Below, in pieces: positions 47,529 through 64,000 of a stretch of DNA of 64,000 nucleotides; positions within the stretch are counted from its first letter, which is position 1, and each line of letters begins with the position of its first letter. Source of the DNA: the human T2T-CHM13v2.0 reference genome, Homo sapiens; the NCBI RefSeq assembly GCF_009914755.1, contig NC_060945.1. The stretch is one strand, 5' to 3'. The notes under the pieces were generated by a model, which had not been told where the DNA came from, searched no databases, and saw only the letters and a list, made by a program, of their open reading frames with translations. Both the position numbers and the translations under genes were made by a program.

Positions 47529-49635
47529 GCTTTACATCTTTAAATATAAATCACGCATCATCCAGGTGGCTTACCCAGGACTAAGGAAGGTTTCCTACAC
47601 AAGGTGGAGGAGAAAGTGCTAGAATTCTTATATGAGAGGACCTCATGGACAGTCTCTTGTTGGAATGTTAGGACGTTGGGAGAGGAGTAGAAGTAGTAGG
47701 GCAGTGCTATGACGTAGTTCTTATCTCAGAACTGCTTTTAGCTGGTTATTTAAATGAGATGGGGAATAGATTAATTGTCCATATCAAAGAGTAATGGTAG
47801 GATTCTAATGAAGGTGAGATGGGAAAATCTCTCTCCAAGCCAAGTCCTGATCAATTACCAGGTTGTAGAACATTTAAAAAATGAGATAGATTTTATAACA
47901 GCCTGATCCTTACTTTATGAATAAAGAGATAAAGAGAAATGTGTTGGGCAAAAGTGGAGTAAGAGGGCCCACATTTCTGCATTGGATATTAAGCATCCAG
48001 GATAATGGCTACTGAGAGCAGAAACAAATAGTGTCAGTTCTAAAATTATCCTTCACTTACTTCTTGGAGAGAGTTTCCAGGCTGCAAATTAAGAAAGAAA
48101 AATATAGGCAGAACCCAACAGTATTCCTGAATAAGAAAATGAAGCCGGGATTCCTAGGAGGCCAAAGTACTTATACTTTAAAAAGACCGGGTAAGGAAGA
48201 GAAAATAGATACATGGAGAGAGTCCCATCAATCTGCAGAGGGCACCTGTTCAGTCATTATTTGAGTAGTGATCAACACGTGTATGTGAGGAAACTACTTG
48301 AGGCCAAGAACAAAGCTGTATCAGACAAGCAAGCAGAGGGAAAAAATCCTGGCAGCTTGCATAAGATCAGGAATATTTCATGTGCCTCATGGCCAGAAAG
48401 AAAAATCTCATAATTCTCGACGCATTGAACAGAGTATTTAAGTTCTAGTTACAGCAAAACAAAGCTTAAAAAGCAAGATTGGAAAGGAAAATAAATACTT
48501 CCAAGTAATTTAACTGTATCCTGTAATAAAGTTTAAGAATATTTATAGGAATTAAAAGATACAGCACTGAAAAAGTAAAATTCACAATGTGTGTCATTTA
48601 ATTAAAAAATTAACAGGAATACAAATAAGAAATTACAATTCATAATGAAGAAAAAAATTAATAAAACAGACCCAGAAATGACACAGATAATAGAATTAGT
48701 AGTAAAGGCATTTAAATGGCCAAGAGGATAAAAGTTTAGTATGTTAAGCAGAGATATAAATGTTTTTAAAAAGATCTAAATACAATTTCTAGAAATAAAA
48801 ATATACTATCTGGGACTATCAGATTATGCACTGCAGAAGGTTAGATTAGTAATCTTGAAGACATAATGATAGAATGTATCAAAAATGAAAGAGAGACCCA
48901 GAGAATGACATGCTGGTGAGTGGTGGGATAACTTCAGACGGCTTACTCTATGTATAATTGAAATCCCAAAAGACAGGAAAAAAAAACATTAGAAGAAATA
49001 ATAGTCTGCAATTTTCCAAATTTGATGAAAACTATAAGCCTACAGATGCAAGAAGTTCAAAACTCTCCAAGCACAAGACATTTGAAGAAAATTACATGAA
49101 GACACATTATGATCAAATTGTTTAAAATAAATGATAAAGATAATATCTTAAAAGCAGCCAGATAAGAAAGGCACAGTGGGTATAAAAGAATTCAGGTAAG
49201 AATGAAAAGAGGCTTCTTGTCAGAAACAAAGCAAACCAGGAGACAAAGGATCAAAGTTTTTAAAGTATTCGGAGGAGGCAATGATTATCTTGGAATTCTA
49301 CAACTAGCAAAAATATATTTGAGATAGGAAGATAAAATAAAAGGTTTACATACATTAAAAAAAAAACTAAAAGAATTTATCCCCAGTCAATATACACTAC
49401 AAGAAATAGTAAAGGAAGTTCTCCAGGCAGAAGGAAAATGATATCAAATGGAAGCTGGATTCACAGTAAGAAATGAACAGCACTAGAAATGCTAAATATG
49501 TGAGTAAATATAAAATTTTAAAAAATTATTTTAAAACATCCTTATTAAGTAGTTGACTATTTAAAGCAAACCAATAAGATTGTATTGTGGTGCTTATATG
49601 TAAAAATAAAATGTATTTCAACTATAAATAAAATT

Positions 49636-50068
49636 TGTGGGAGGCCATTGTTTTGGATTGAGCTCCTGCACCAAGCTCCAACAGACCAGACCAAACCAGA
49701 ATGGAGTTACTGGTGCTAGGCACCCGTACAAATTGAACTTAAAAACAGGCCAGTTTTCCAAAAAGCAAAAGATTCATGCAACCAATCAAAAGGGACCCAG
49801 GCAACCTGAACCGGCATGATAAGGAAGCCCCCTCTGCCTTAACCCACACTAGGAAAGTAATCTGAAGTAACTTGATGTTAACCAATCTGCTGCTTCTACT
49901 ATATTGTTTCCTTGTTCCTGCTCAAGCGATTTCACAAAAATCTACTGTTCTGCCATTCCCAGTGGGGCTTATGTCTATTTATATACTAGATGCTGCCTGG
50001 TTCATGAATAGCTAATAAAAGTCAATTAGATCTTCAAAAATCAATTTTTGAAATTTTGTTTTTTGACA
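49636..50068 (+). mobile_element. ERV1-class solo LTR inserted in L1 (subfamily uncertain)
   Basis: TG...CA termini (TGTGGGAGGCCATTG ... TTTTGACA), a CCAAT motif, and AATAAA near the 3' end. Confidence 0.7.
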
Positions 50069-50400
50069 TCACAATAACCAAAATTCTAGGAAGGGAGAAA
50101 TTAAAGTACACTGCTGTATGCAAAGTGGTGTATTACTTGAGAATAGACTATAATAAATTAAAATTTTGTATTATAAACCTTAAAGCAATGACTCAAACAA
50201 AAACCGAAAGAACAGTTATAGCCCTTAAACCAAAAAGGCAGAGAAAAAAAAGGCAAAAAAAAAAAAGAGAAAAAAGGAAAACAAATAAATGGAAAAAAAA
50301 ACAACATAGCAAGTTGGTAGATTTAAACCTCATCATCATAATAATTACATTAAATAAATTGCCTAAACAACACAACCCAAGCAAAAGGTAAGGATTTTTA

Positions 50401-50746
<346 letters not shown>

Positions 50747-53039
50747 GGAGCTAACTTTAAATATTAAAACAGAAATGGGTTAAAAGAAAAAAGATTGATA
50801 GATATAGGTCATGCTAACTTTAATAAAAAAGAATCTTGGGTGGCTACATTAATACCAGGCAAAGTAGATTTCAGAGAAAACAATATTACTGAGGATAAAG
50901 AGGGAATTTTCATAGACAATGTGTTCAATTCATTAAGTAGACATAATAATTCTAAATGTATGTGCACCTAATAATAAAACTTGAAAACACATGAAACAAA
51001 ATCTGGTAGCATGACAAGGAGAAACAGGCAAATTCACAATTACAGTAAAATATTACAACACTCATCTTTCAATGATTGATAGAACAAGTAGAAAATTATT
51101 AAGGATGCCAGAAGGCTTAAACAATACCATCAACCAATTAGATCTAATTACAAATTATAGAACATTCCACAAAAGACAGCCAAATAATTATTTCTTTACA
51201 TTTTTTCCAGTGTACTCGAAAAATTTACCTAGGTAAACCTTGTTCTGGGTCATAAAACAAGTCTCAATAAATTTAATTCAAATCATACAAACTCTATTCT
51301 CTGACTACAAAGGAATTAAATTAGAAATCAGTATCAAAGAGGTCTGTGTGATATAAGCTATTTGGAAATGATATTAAATGCTTTTAAATCTCCTAGTTCA
51401 AATAAGAAATCAAAAGAGGACTTACAAAGTATTTTGAACTGAAAGAAAATGACAACGTATTATATTAAAATGTTTACAAGACAGCTAAAGCGAAACAGAA
51501 ATTTATGGCACTAACTACCTGTATAGAAAAGGAGAAAGGTCTCAAATCAATGGCTTCCACTTCCACCTAATGATAATAGATAAAAAAAGAGAAAATTAAA
51601 CTCAATGTATGCAAAAGAAGGAAATAAAAGAGTAGAAATCAAAGAAAATAAAAGTAAGCAAAAAATAGAGTAGTAGATAAAAATCAATGAAACCAAAAGC
51701 TGGTTCCTTGTGAATTTTGATATAATGATAAATCTCCAGCCAGACATATCAGGAAATAAACAAATGAGAGAGAGACAGAGAAAGAGAGAGAGAAGGAGTG
51801 AGAGAGGGAACAAATTTACCAGTATAAAGAAAGAAAGGTTAATATTTGTAAAGATTCTACAATAATAATGAATGATTGTGAACAACTTCATGCCAATAAG
51901 TTCAACAACTTTAATGAAATGGACTTTAATGAAAGATATAAGCTATCAAAGCATATTCATGAAGAAATAGATTACTTGGATAGTCTTATATATATGAAAG
52001 TAATTGAACTTATAGCTAAGCACTTCCTACAAAGAAAACTTCAGACTGAGATGGCTTCATTGATGAATTCCACAAAACATTTCAGGAGGAAATAGTACTG
52101 ATTCCATATAAACTCTTCAAGAAATTGAAGAGATCATACTTTTCAACTAATTCTGTGAAGCCAATATTACCATGATATCAAGAGAAGAGGAAACATTACA
52201 AGAAAAGGAAACTACAAACTAATATCTGCTATGAACATAAATGAAAAAATTCACAAATCCAATCCTGTAATATATAAAAATGATAATGCATCATAAATAA
52301 ATGGGCTTTATCCCTGAAATGCAAGATTGTTTTAACATTCAAAAATAAATTGAGGGGACTTTTATTTTCACCTTTGACACATAAAGAGGTTGGAAACTTT
52401 TATTCCTGACCTTTCAACAAGAAAAAGCTGAACAAACCGAAAATCAATGAATTTTCTTGGACCTGTGAGATAATTGAGGGCTCAGGGTAAACTGCCACCA
52501 GAAATCTGGAGGTGAATACAGGTAAACACAAGGAGTCCCAGCCTAAATGGAACAGAAGCTACTGGAGCCCTAAACTGATAGGGACACTAAAAATACTAAC
52601 TTTGATGAATCCCTGGAGGCTGAATATGGCCTAGTCTGAGAGTGAGAAACAGCTGGAGAGCCTGCATTTTTGTGGATTTTACTTGGAGTTACTCATAATG
52701 AAGAGCTGTGAAAAACCTTGATGTTTCTGGCAGGGGAGGAAATAAGTAAAACTTTGGAAATATGGCCAGAATACTCTGTTATAAATGTCTGCTCAGCAAG
52801 AGAAAAGACTTTACCAGGATGTTACCTGAGGTGGGGGGATAGAAATTACACAACTGCAGCCTTTTGTAAGCGTTTCTCTATAAGGGAGAAGGGGGAAGCT
52901 GAGAAACACTTGTGAAGATCACACTAGTGACACAGGCCCACTTAAAGCCTGAGACTTAATCATAGGATGACGGACTGCTTCCCCTTCTCCATACCTTACT
53001 ATCGCAACAAGCCTCACATATAAAATAACAATGGATGAT

Positions 53040-53278
<239 letters not shown>

Positions 53279-56200
53279 CTGCAAGGCACAGACTCTTATT
53301 TAAGAGCACTTTTAGGGAAACCCAAAGACAAAATAGAAGCCAATTTACAAGAGTACGAGAAGAAATTGAAGGCTCTGGCATCTGCAGCTATAGCAAACAT
53401 TAGACAAGGCCTATCTCCTAGCCAGATAAGCATAAGACCTGTCACTAAAGGCATATTTACCTCGGATCGTATTACATGATACATACTAAATGGTTTTCAA
53501 CCAAAAAATTATGAAGTGTGCTAAAAAAGCAAGCAAAAACATAGTGTGAAAAGACAAATTAAGCATCACATCCAGATTCAGATATGGCATGGATTTTGGA
53601 ATTATCAGACAGAATTTCACTTGATCTAAGCCAAAAGGCCAAGAAGTGATATCAGACAGAATTTAAAATAACTCTCATTAATATGTTAAGAACTATAATG
53701 GATAAAATAGAGAACACATGAGTACTGTAAATAGAGACAGCTAAAAATACTAAGAACAAATCAAAAGAAAATGTTAGAAAATTTTAAAAAAGGCACTGTA
53801 ATAGTCATACTTTTGGTGGGATTATCAGTAAACTGTACGTGGCCAAAGAAAGAATAAGTGAGCTTGAAGATATGTCAGTAGACAGTTTAGCTTAGAAAGC
53901 ACAAACCAGGATAAAACCCCCCAATTTTACACCTAAGTATATCTATTAAACTGCAGAAAACTAAAGAAAAAAGGAAAATCTTAAAAGCAGCCAGGTGTGC
54001 ACCTTAACTATAGAAGAAGAAAGATAAGAATTATATCAGACTTCTTTTCAGAAATCATGCAAGAAAAAAGAGAAGAGAGTAAAATATTTAAATTACTGAA
54101 AGAGAGACACACCAATATAGAATTCCATATTCAACCAAATTATCCTTCAAAAGTGAAGAAGAAATAAAGTCTTTATCAGATGAACAAAAAGCTGAGGAAA
54201 TTCATTGCCAACAGAACTTTTCTGCAAGAAATATGAAAAGAAGTTCTTCAGAGAGAAGGAAAATGATATATATTAGAAACTTGGATTTACATAAAGAAAA
54301 GAGCATCTAAGAAGGAATAAATAAAGGTAAAATAAAATCTTTTATTTTTAAAATTCTTAATTGATCTAATACATAGCTGTTCAAAGTAATAATAATAACA
54401 ATATATTAGGTGATTATAGAATATGGGTAAGTGGAATGAATGACAGCAATGCAAAATATAAGGGATTCAACTGATGTGGGGGATGATCTAGGAAGCTGAT
54501 ATTACCATGAGGGCAATAGCACACACAGGCTTTAATGGGTAACACTTCAACGGGTTTGATTTTTGGGGAAGCCTCTTATAGCAGGAATCTGTCCAGAGAT
54601 TACAGCATGGGGTTGGCTACTCAGAAGGGAAGAGGAAAAAGGAAACATTTTGAGGAGAGGGAAATGGAGAGAAAACTTACTACCTAGGTGATGTCACTCA
54701 GCAACAAGGAAGGGATTCTCTAGGTCAGAAAACTCCAAAGTGCGTAGCAGCTTGGGGTCTTATAACCACAGGCTTGCTTTTGTCAATGGCCAGCAAATGT
54801 GAGGATATGTAAAGCAAGCAGCCTCTCAGTGACTAAAAATCTGCTTGTTTGAGCTATTTTAAAAATAACTGGATATGTAAAAATTTGAGTTTGGCCCTGT
54901 TGGGCTTTTCAGCTAGTGGGTCTCAGCATGCAGTGAAGAAATAAGCAATCTGGGGAGCAGTACACAGACATTATTTTTGACTTATTTATATAACAGTAAA
55001 GGATGGAGGGAAGGATTGGGAATGCACTATTATAAGTGCAATTACCTTATAATAGCCTATTCCCAATTCCTTCCCTCCATCCTTTGTATGAAGCTCTATA
55101 ATGTTATTTGGGAGTGAACTTAAATGCTTTTTATAGGTATATAGCAAACGCCATGGCAATCACAAATTGTGGTGTGTGTATGTGTATATTTGATATGCTA
55201 ACAGAGGAGAGAAAAATGGACTCATATAATGTGATCAGTTAAAACCAGAAAAGGCAGACAAAAAGGAGGAGAAAAAAAGAAAAAGCATAACAAATAGAAA
55301 ACAGTTACAGACATGGTAGATAAACCAACTCTATAAAAATAATAACTGTAAATGTGGAGGTCTAAACACATGCATTACAAAATAGAAATTGTCAGAGTGG
55401 ATCTAAAAATTAAATCCAACTATATGTTGCCTATAATAAATATGCTTTAAATATAAATACACAGATACATTAAAAGTAAAGGGGTGGAGAAAGATATATT
55501 CTGCTAGCACTAATCAGAAGAAGGCTGGAGTAGCTGTATTAATTTCAGACAAAGCAGACTTCAGAACAAAGAAATTTGTTAAGAATAAAAAGGATAATAT
55601 AATTATAAAGGAGTCAATTATCTAAGGAGACATAACAATCCTTAATATGTTTGTGCCAAATAACAATGAATCAAAATATGTGAAGCAAAAGTGTATGGAA
55701 TGCAAAGAGAAATAGACAAATCCACTATTATACTTGCAGACTTTTACAACCCTATTTAAATAATTTACAGATCATGTCTAACTTTTACTTGAGGAAACCA
55801 GAGAGAGGAAAGAAATTTAGGCCTAAAAGAAGCAGAAGAAAAGAATTTATAGTAATTAGAGCAGATATCAGTGAAATTAAAAACAGAAAATATTGGAGTA
55901 AATCAACAAAACCAAATGTTGGTTCCTTGAAAAGATAAATAAACTTGGTTAAATTCTAGCCAGATTAACTAAACCAAAACAAACACAAACAGAAAAAGAG
56001 AGAACATACAAATTACTAATGTTAGAAATAAAAGAGGGGTCGTTCTTGTTGATTCCATAGACATCAAAAGGATGATAAAGGGATATTATGAAAAACGCCA
56101 TGCCCACAAATGTGATGAATAGAATATACAAATTCATTAAAAGACACGACTACCCAAAATCCCACAGGGAGAATTATATAATCTGAGTAAGTCTGTGTCT

Positions 56201-56982
56201 ATTAGAGAAATTGAACTGTAATTCAAGAAAGAAAACACCAGGCCCAGATGGTTTCACTGGCGAATTTTACCAAAAGTTTAAGGAAGAATTAATATGAATT
56301 CTCTTCAATCTCCTCAAGAGAATAGAAGCAGAAGGAGCATCTCTTACCTCATTGCTATGAGACAAGCATTACTGTAAAACCAAAACCAGATAGAGACATT
56401 ACAAGAAAAGAAAACCACAGACCAATTTATCTCAAGATCATAGATGGAAAAATCCTCAGCAAACCAAATCCAACAATGTACAATTATTTACCAGGACCAA
56501 GTGGTATTTATTCCAGTTATGCAAAACTAGTATTGTATTTAAAAATCAATTAAGGCAACCCCTGACATTAACAGGAATTGATCATAATACCAATCAAAAT
56601 TCTAGCAAAATCCTATTTTATGGATATTGTGAAATTGAAGTTTAAAGTCAGTTTCAAAGTTGGAGGACTGACATTTCACATTTTACTATAAAGTTGTACG
56701 ACTATCAAGTAGAGTGGTGTTTTCAAGAAATAGACTCATAGATCAATGGAATGTGATAGAGTGCCCAGAAACAGACCCATACAAATACAGACAATGGATA
56801 TTTGACAAAGGAACAAAGGCAGTTCATTTTTCAACAAATGCTGCTAAACAATTGGATGTCCAAATGCAATGCAAAGAGAGAGAGAGAGAAAAGATTTCAA
56901 CAGAGACTTAAATGTTTCATAAAATAACTCAAAATATGATCAGTAGTCTAAATATAAAATGCAGTAATGTAAAACTTTTAGA

Positions 56983-57285
56983 GGGTAGGTGCAGTGGCTC
57001 ATGCCTGCAATCCCAATGCTTTGAGAAGCCAAGATGAGAGGATCACTTGAGACCAGGAACTTAAGACCAGCCTGAGCAACATATGGAGACTCTGCCTCCA
57101 CAAAAAAATAAAAAATAATAGCCAGGTGTGACCCACATCTGTAGTCCCAATCGCTTGCGAGGCTAAGGTGGGAAGATTACTTGAGCCAAGGAGTTTGAGG
57201 CTGCAGTGAGCTATCATGGCACCACTGCACTCTAGCATGGGTGACAGAGTGAGACCCTGCTTCAAAACTTCAACAACCAAACAAA
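56983..57285 (+). mobile_element. AluJ-like
   Basis: Diverged Alu with GAGTTTGAGGCTGCAGTGAGCTAT. Confidence 0.9.
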
Positions 57286-58869
57286 CCTTTAGGAGAAAAC
57301 ATAGGAGAAAGTCTATATGACCTTGGGTTTGGCAAAGCTCTTTTTTTTCCCATGCACAAAAAGCATGATCCTTGGGAAAAAATTGATAAATTATACTTTA
57401 TCAAAAGTTAAAAAAATTCTGTTTTGCAAAAGTGACTGTTAAGAGAATCAAGACACAGACTAACAGAAAATGTTTTTACACCACATAACTGATACAGAAC
57501 TTGTATCCAAAGTATACAAATAACTCTTAGACCTCAACACTAAGAAAAAAACAACAAGAGAAAACCACAAAGCCCAACTTAAAAATATGTCTACCTATTT
57601 AATGCAATTTCAATAAAAATTCATTCAGGCTTTTTCTTTGGTAGAAATTCACAGATTCTAAAATTTGCATGAAAAGAAACTGTGCGTAAGTAGCCAAAAT
57701 AAATGAAAGAGAAGACCAATTTTGGGGGCTTATACTTCATGATTTCAAGATTTATTATAAAACTACAGCGAATCAAGATCCTAGTGTAAAAATAGATGAT
57801 AGTTCATTGGAACAGAATAAAGTTTTCAGCTATAGACACATAATGACATTGACAAGAAAATGAAAAGCATTTCACAGACTGGAAAAACATTTGCAAAATG
57901 TATATCCAAACAAGGATCTATATCTAGTATATATGAAGAACTTTTACAGCTCATAAGAACACAATAAGCCAATTTAAAATGGGCAGAAGATTTGCTTAGA
58001 CACTTCACCAAAAAAGATCTATAGATGGCAAATAAGCACATGTAAATTTGCTTGGCATTTTTATTAATTAGAGAAATGCAAATTAAAAGAAGCTACCAGT
58101 ATACTCCTACTAAAAAAATGGCTAAAATTAGAAACCCTGACCAGCTAGAGCAACTACAACTCTCATATACTGCTGGTGGGTTTCTGAAATGGTACAAACA
58201 CTTGGAAAATTGTGGGAATTCTTAAAAGTGAATCATATAACCTAGCCATTGTATTTCTAAGTAGTTATCCAAAATACCTGGAAGCATATTTCTGTACAAA
58301 AAATGAGTTCATAAATGTTAATTGTTTTATTTGTAATAGCTAAAAACTTAAAATAACACAAATATTCATCAAGTAAATAAATAAATTGAAGCATACCCAT
58401 ACAGTGAAATATTGCTTATTAATAAAAATAAATGAACTCCATATGCTACAACATGGATAAATCTAAAAATTATTATGCTGACTGAAAGATGCCAGAATAC
58501 CTACTTCATAATTGCATTTATATAACATTTTGGAAAATAGGAAGTAATCTGTAGCATCAGAAATCAGATCATTGGTTGCCTGTGGGATAGATGGGGTTTG
58601 AAAGGGTGGGAGGAAAGGCTTAAAAAGAAACAGGTGGAAACTTTGGGAATACGAGTGTGTTATGTTGATTATGGAGACAGTTTTATGGATTCATGAATAT
58701 ATTTCAAAACTTATCAAATTGTAAATTTAAATACATGCAGTTTTTATGTGAAATCTTGATGTGTTTTGTCTTTTTAAAAACTTGTTATTAGAAGGTTGAA
58801 TTGCTATTACTTAATTATTTTCCTCTGTTTTAGACTATAATCTTTTCAAAGTCAGGAATCCATTCTATT

Positions 58870-60557
<1,688 letters not shown>

Positions 60558-60560
<3 letters not shown>

Positions 60561-60769
60561 CTGCCTCAGCCTCCCGAGTAGCTGGGATTACAGCCATGTG
60601 CCACCACGTCCTGCTAATTTTTGTATTTTTAGTAGAGACGGGGTTTCACCATGTTGGCCACGGTGGTCTCAAACTCCTTGACCGGGTTCAAACTCCTGAC
60701 CTCAGGTGATCCACCCACGTCGGCCTCCAAAAGTGCTGGGATTACAGGTGTGAGCCTATGCACCCGGCC
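60558..60769 (-). mobile_element. Alu fragment with a small internal duplication
   Basis: Reverse-complement Alu lacking its tail; TCAAACTCCT(T)GACC occurs twice. Confidence 0.88.
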
Positions 60770-60805
60770 TCCGAGTCAGCTTTTCTAAATAAAATTATAT
60801 TGGAA

Positions 60806-63800
60806 CATGGCAGTACCAGGGCAGAGGAGGGCAGGGCAATGCAGGACTGGGCCATGGCAGCGCTTGGTCAACTCCAGGGCAGGGCCAGAAGCAGCACAGG
60901 GCCAGGGCCAATGCTCAGGCCAGGGACAGGGCATGGCAGGAAGTGCCAGAGCAGGGCCAGGCCAACATTGGGGCAGGGCAAATCAGGTCAGGACACCTCC
61001 AAGTCCAGCTCTGGCCCTGCCTTGGCCCTGGCCCCTCCCTGGCCTGACCTTGTCCCTGGCCCTGCCCTATCCATGCCCTGTGTATTTGACCAATGTTTCA
61101 AAACCAGAATCCTACCAGGAACTTAAACAAATCAACTACTTTTGTGCATTTTTAGTAGAGACAGGGTTTCACAATGTTGCCCAGGCTGGTCCCGAACTCC
61201 TGAGCTCAAGCCATCTGCCAGCCTTGGCCTCCCAAAGTGCTGGGATTACAGGTGTGAGCCACTGCGCCAGTCCAAGTATTTAACCTCTTTATGCCTGTTT
61301 CCTACATTTGGAAAATGGGGATACTATAAGTAACTAGCACACAGAGTTATTGTGAGAATTAATGCCTCACATATATACATATTTATATAGTTATAGTCAT
61401 AGAACAGTACCAGAAGCAAAGAAAGTATTGGTTAAAATTTAGTGATTATTAACTACTGCAAATATTATTACTATTACAAACAACATAGTATAGATAATAT
61501 TATTACTAGTGTAGTTATCTTAAAAATCTAAAAATTTTAACTAATATCCTAATGTAATCTCTCCTGCTCTGCCCTGGCCCTGCCCTGGCTTAGCCTTAGC
61601 GCTGGCCCTGCCCCTAGTCCTACCATATCCCTGGCCCTGACCCTTCCCTGGCCCTGCTGCTGCCCTGGTCCTTCCCATATTCAGGCCTTACCATGGCCCT
61701 CCACTGGTCCTGACCCTGCCCTGGCCTGGTCCTAACCCTGGCCTACCCCTGTAGAACAGAGAAGGGGTAGGGAAGATCCAGGGAAGGGCTGGGGCAAATA
61801 AAGGACAGGACACATCCAAGTCCAGGAAAGGGCTAGGGCCATGACAGAGCCAGGGCGAGTCCTTGGCAGGGCCAGATTCCAGGCCAGGGCCAGGGAAGGG
61901 TAATGGCAGGGGCACTGTATGGCCAAGGTTCAGGCCAAAGCCAGGGCAGGGGCAGGAGCAGGCCTGCATGAGGGCAGGACCAGGGCCAGGGATGTGGCAG
62001 GACCAGGGGCAGGGCCAGGACCAGGGCTGTGCCAGGACAGAACAAGAGCAGAGCAGGGCAGTACCACAACCAGGCCATAGAGAGGGCAGGGCAAACGCCA
62101 AGGCAAGGCCAGGGTAGTGCCAGGGCTGAGGCAAGGTCAGGGAAGGTCCAGGGCTGAGTCAAGACTAGAACCAAGACAGGGGCAAAGGCCGGGGCAGATC
62201 TAGGGCACAAGCAGGCCAGGCTAGGGCAGGGCAATGGCAAGACCAGGCCATGGCAGGGCCAGCCCTGGATAGAACAGGGCACAGGCAGGGCAGGGCCAGG
62301 GACGCGGCTGGGACAGGACAAGGACCAGGGCAAGGGCATGCCCAGGGCAGAGGTAGGGCCAGAGCCAGGGTCTGGGCAGGGACAAGTCAGGTCCATTCCA
62401 GGGCCAGAGTTCAGACCAGGGCCAGGGCAGGGCCGGGGCAGGGCCATGGCAGGACCAGCAACAGGGCTAGGGCGAAGACAGGGACAGGGACAGGGTCAGG
62501 GCTAGGGCCAGAATAGCATGCCAGGGTAGGGCCAGGGCAAATCAGGGCCAGGACAGGGTCAGGCCCAGGGCTAGGCCAGGTATGGCCTTAAGCAGCGAAG
62601 GCCAGGGCCAAAGTCCATGCCAGGGCCAGGGCCAGTCCGGGGTAGGAGCATGGCCATGGCCAGGTCTAGGACAAGGCTGAGGCAGGGCCAAGGTCTGCGT
62701 CAGGCCCAGCAAAAGACCAGGGCAGAGCCAGAGGAGGAGCAGAGCCATGGTAGGGCCAGGACAGGGATGGGCCAAGGCAGAGCCAGGTTAAATCAGGGTC
62801 AAGACACCTTCAAATCCACTTCAGAGCCAGGGTCAGGGCAGGGCGAGTTCAGGGTCACGGCCAAGGGCTGGGGCTGTCAGGATCATTGGCAGGGCCAGGG
62901 CCATGGCAGGACTAGGGTCAAGAGCAGCGGTCAATGCCGGGCCAAGGCCAGAACGAGGACCAGGTCTATGCTAGGGTCAGTGCGAGGGCCAAGGTGGGGT
63001 CAGGGCAGGGCCAAAGGCAGGGCAGTGCCAGGGCAGGGCAGGGTGGAGCAGGCCCAGGGTAGCACAGGGTGAAGGCAGGGCATGGCCAACAAGGGCAGGT
63101 CTATGGCGGGGGCAGGGCCAGGGCCAGGGCAGAGCCAAGACAGTGGCAGCTCCAGGGCAGGGCCAGGGTTAGGACCACGGACGTGTCCCAGTGTCCAAGG
63201 CCAGTGCCAGGGAAAGGGCAAGGGTAGGGGGCAGGGTCAGGGTCATCTAAAAACCAAGGACAAATCTAGGCCCAGAGCAGGGCCAGGATAGGTACCTGGC
63301 AGGGCCAGGGTCTGGGACAGGACCATGGCAGGGCCAGGGCCACAGCCAGGTCTGTGCTATAGCCAGGTACAAGACAGGGCCCAGGCAAGGCTAGGGTGAA
63401 GGCCAAGGTAGGGCCAGGGCAGGGTCAAAGCCAGGCTAGGACCAAGGCAGGGCCAGGACAGGCAGGATGGGTCCAGGAAAGCATAGGGCCAAGGCAGGGC
63501 AGGGCCAGGCCAGTGCCAAGACCTGGACAGGGCCAGGAAACAGCCAGGGCAGGGACAGGGCCATGGCCATGGCGTGGGCAGGACCAGGTTCGGGGCAGGA
63601 GCAAAAGAAGGGCAAGGACAGTGCAGGTTCTTGGCACAGCCGGGGTCCAGGACAGGGTCAGGGCAGGGCCAAGGCAGAGTCTGGGCCATGGTAAGACCAG
63701 CAACAGCACTAGGGCTAGGATAGTGACAGGGTCAGAATCAGGGCAAGGACCAGAGCAGTGCAAGGACAGGGTAGGGCCAGTATTTCAGGGTCAGGACAGG

Positions 63801-64000
63801 GTCAGGGCCAGGGCAGAACCAGGGTAAGGTCTCAAGCCAGGAAGGGCCAGGGCCAGGGCCAGGATAGGTCCAGGGGCTGCATTAGGGCAAGAGCAGGGCC
63901 AGACCAGGGTAAGGGTCAGGGCCAGGGCCAGGATAGGGACAGGGCAAGAAACATGGCAGGACCATGGGCAACACCAAGGCCAGAGCTGAGCCAGGGCTGA
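60806..64000. repeat. Degenerate CAGGG/(CAGGGC)n GC-rich pericentromeric repeat, continuing off the right edge; interrupted by Alu (61138-61271) and MIR-like (about 61275-61450) fragments
   Basis: Dense CAGGG(C), GGGCCA and GGGTCA units with strong G/C strand asymmetry. Confidence 0.9.

Noticed and set aside
61688-64000. Gly/Gln/Pro-rich ORFs suggesting a collagen- or structural-type protein
   Set aside because: Open in many frames on both strands because of CAGGGC periodicity, with no consistent frame or splice structure.

Overview
Primate (most likely human) pericentromeric segmental-duplication mosaic. I found no intact protein-coding gene, RNA gene or CRISPR array. In order: 5' end of a disabled L1PA on the minus strand (1-1675); old L1M and Alu repeats; an unprocessed NF1 pseudogene fragment holding exons 9, 10, 11 and 15 (legacy 7, 8, 9, 11; 6999-11351); a GC-rich unprocessed PPP6R2 (SAPS2) pseudogene fragment with 10 recognisable exons and two minisatellites (14259-20912); a chain of decayed phase-1 exons on the minus strand that I cannot assign to any gene (25157-29105); a ZNF91-family KRAB-ZNF promoter and exon 1 with no KRAB or zinc-finger exons downstream (33400-33668); about 25 kb of LTR, L1 and Alu repeats; and a CAGGG-type GC-rich repeat block with strand switches (60806-64000). 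From memory, not verified by alignment, this order matches human 21q11.2 (NF1P3, PPP6R2P1). The best novelty candidate is the cryptic fossil gene at 25-29 kb, which lies head-to-head with the orphan ZNF promoter. Repeat subfamily names and boundaries were read by eye and are approximate.
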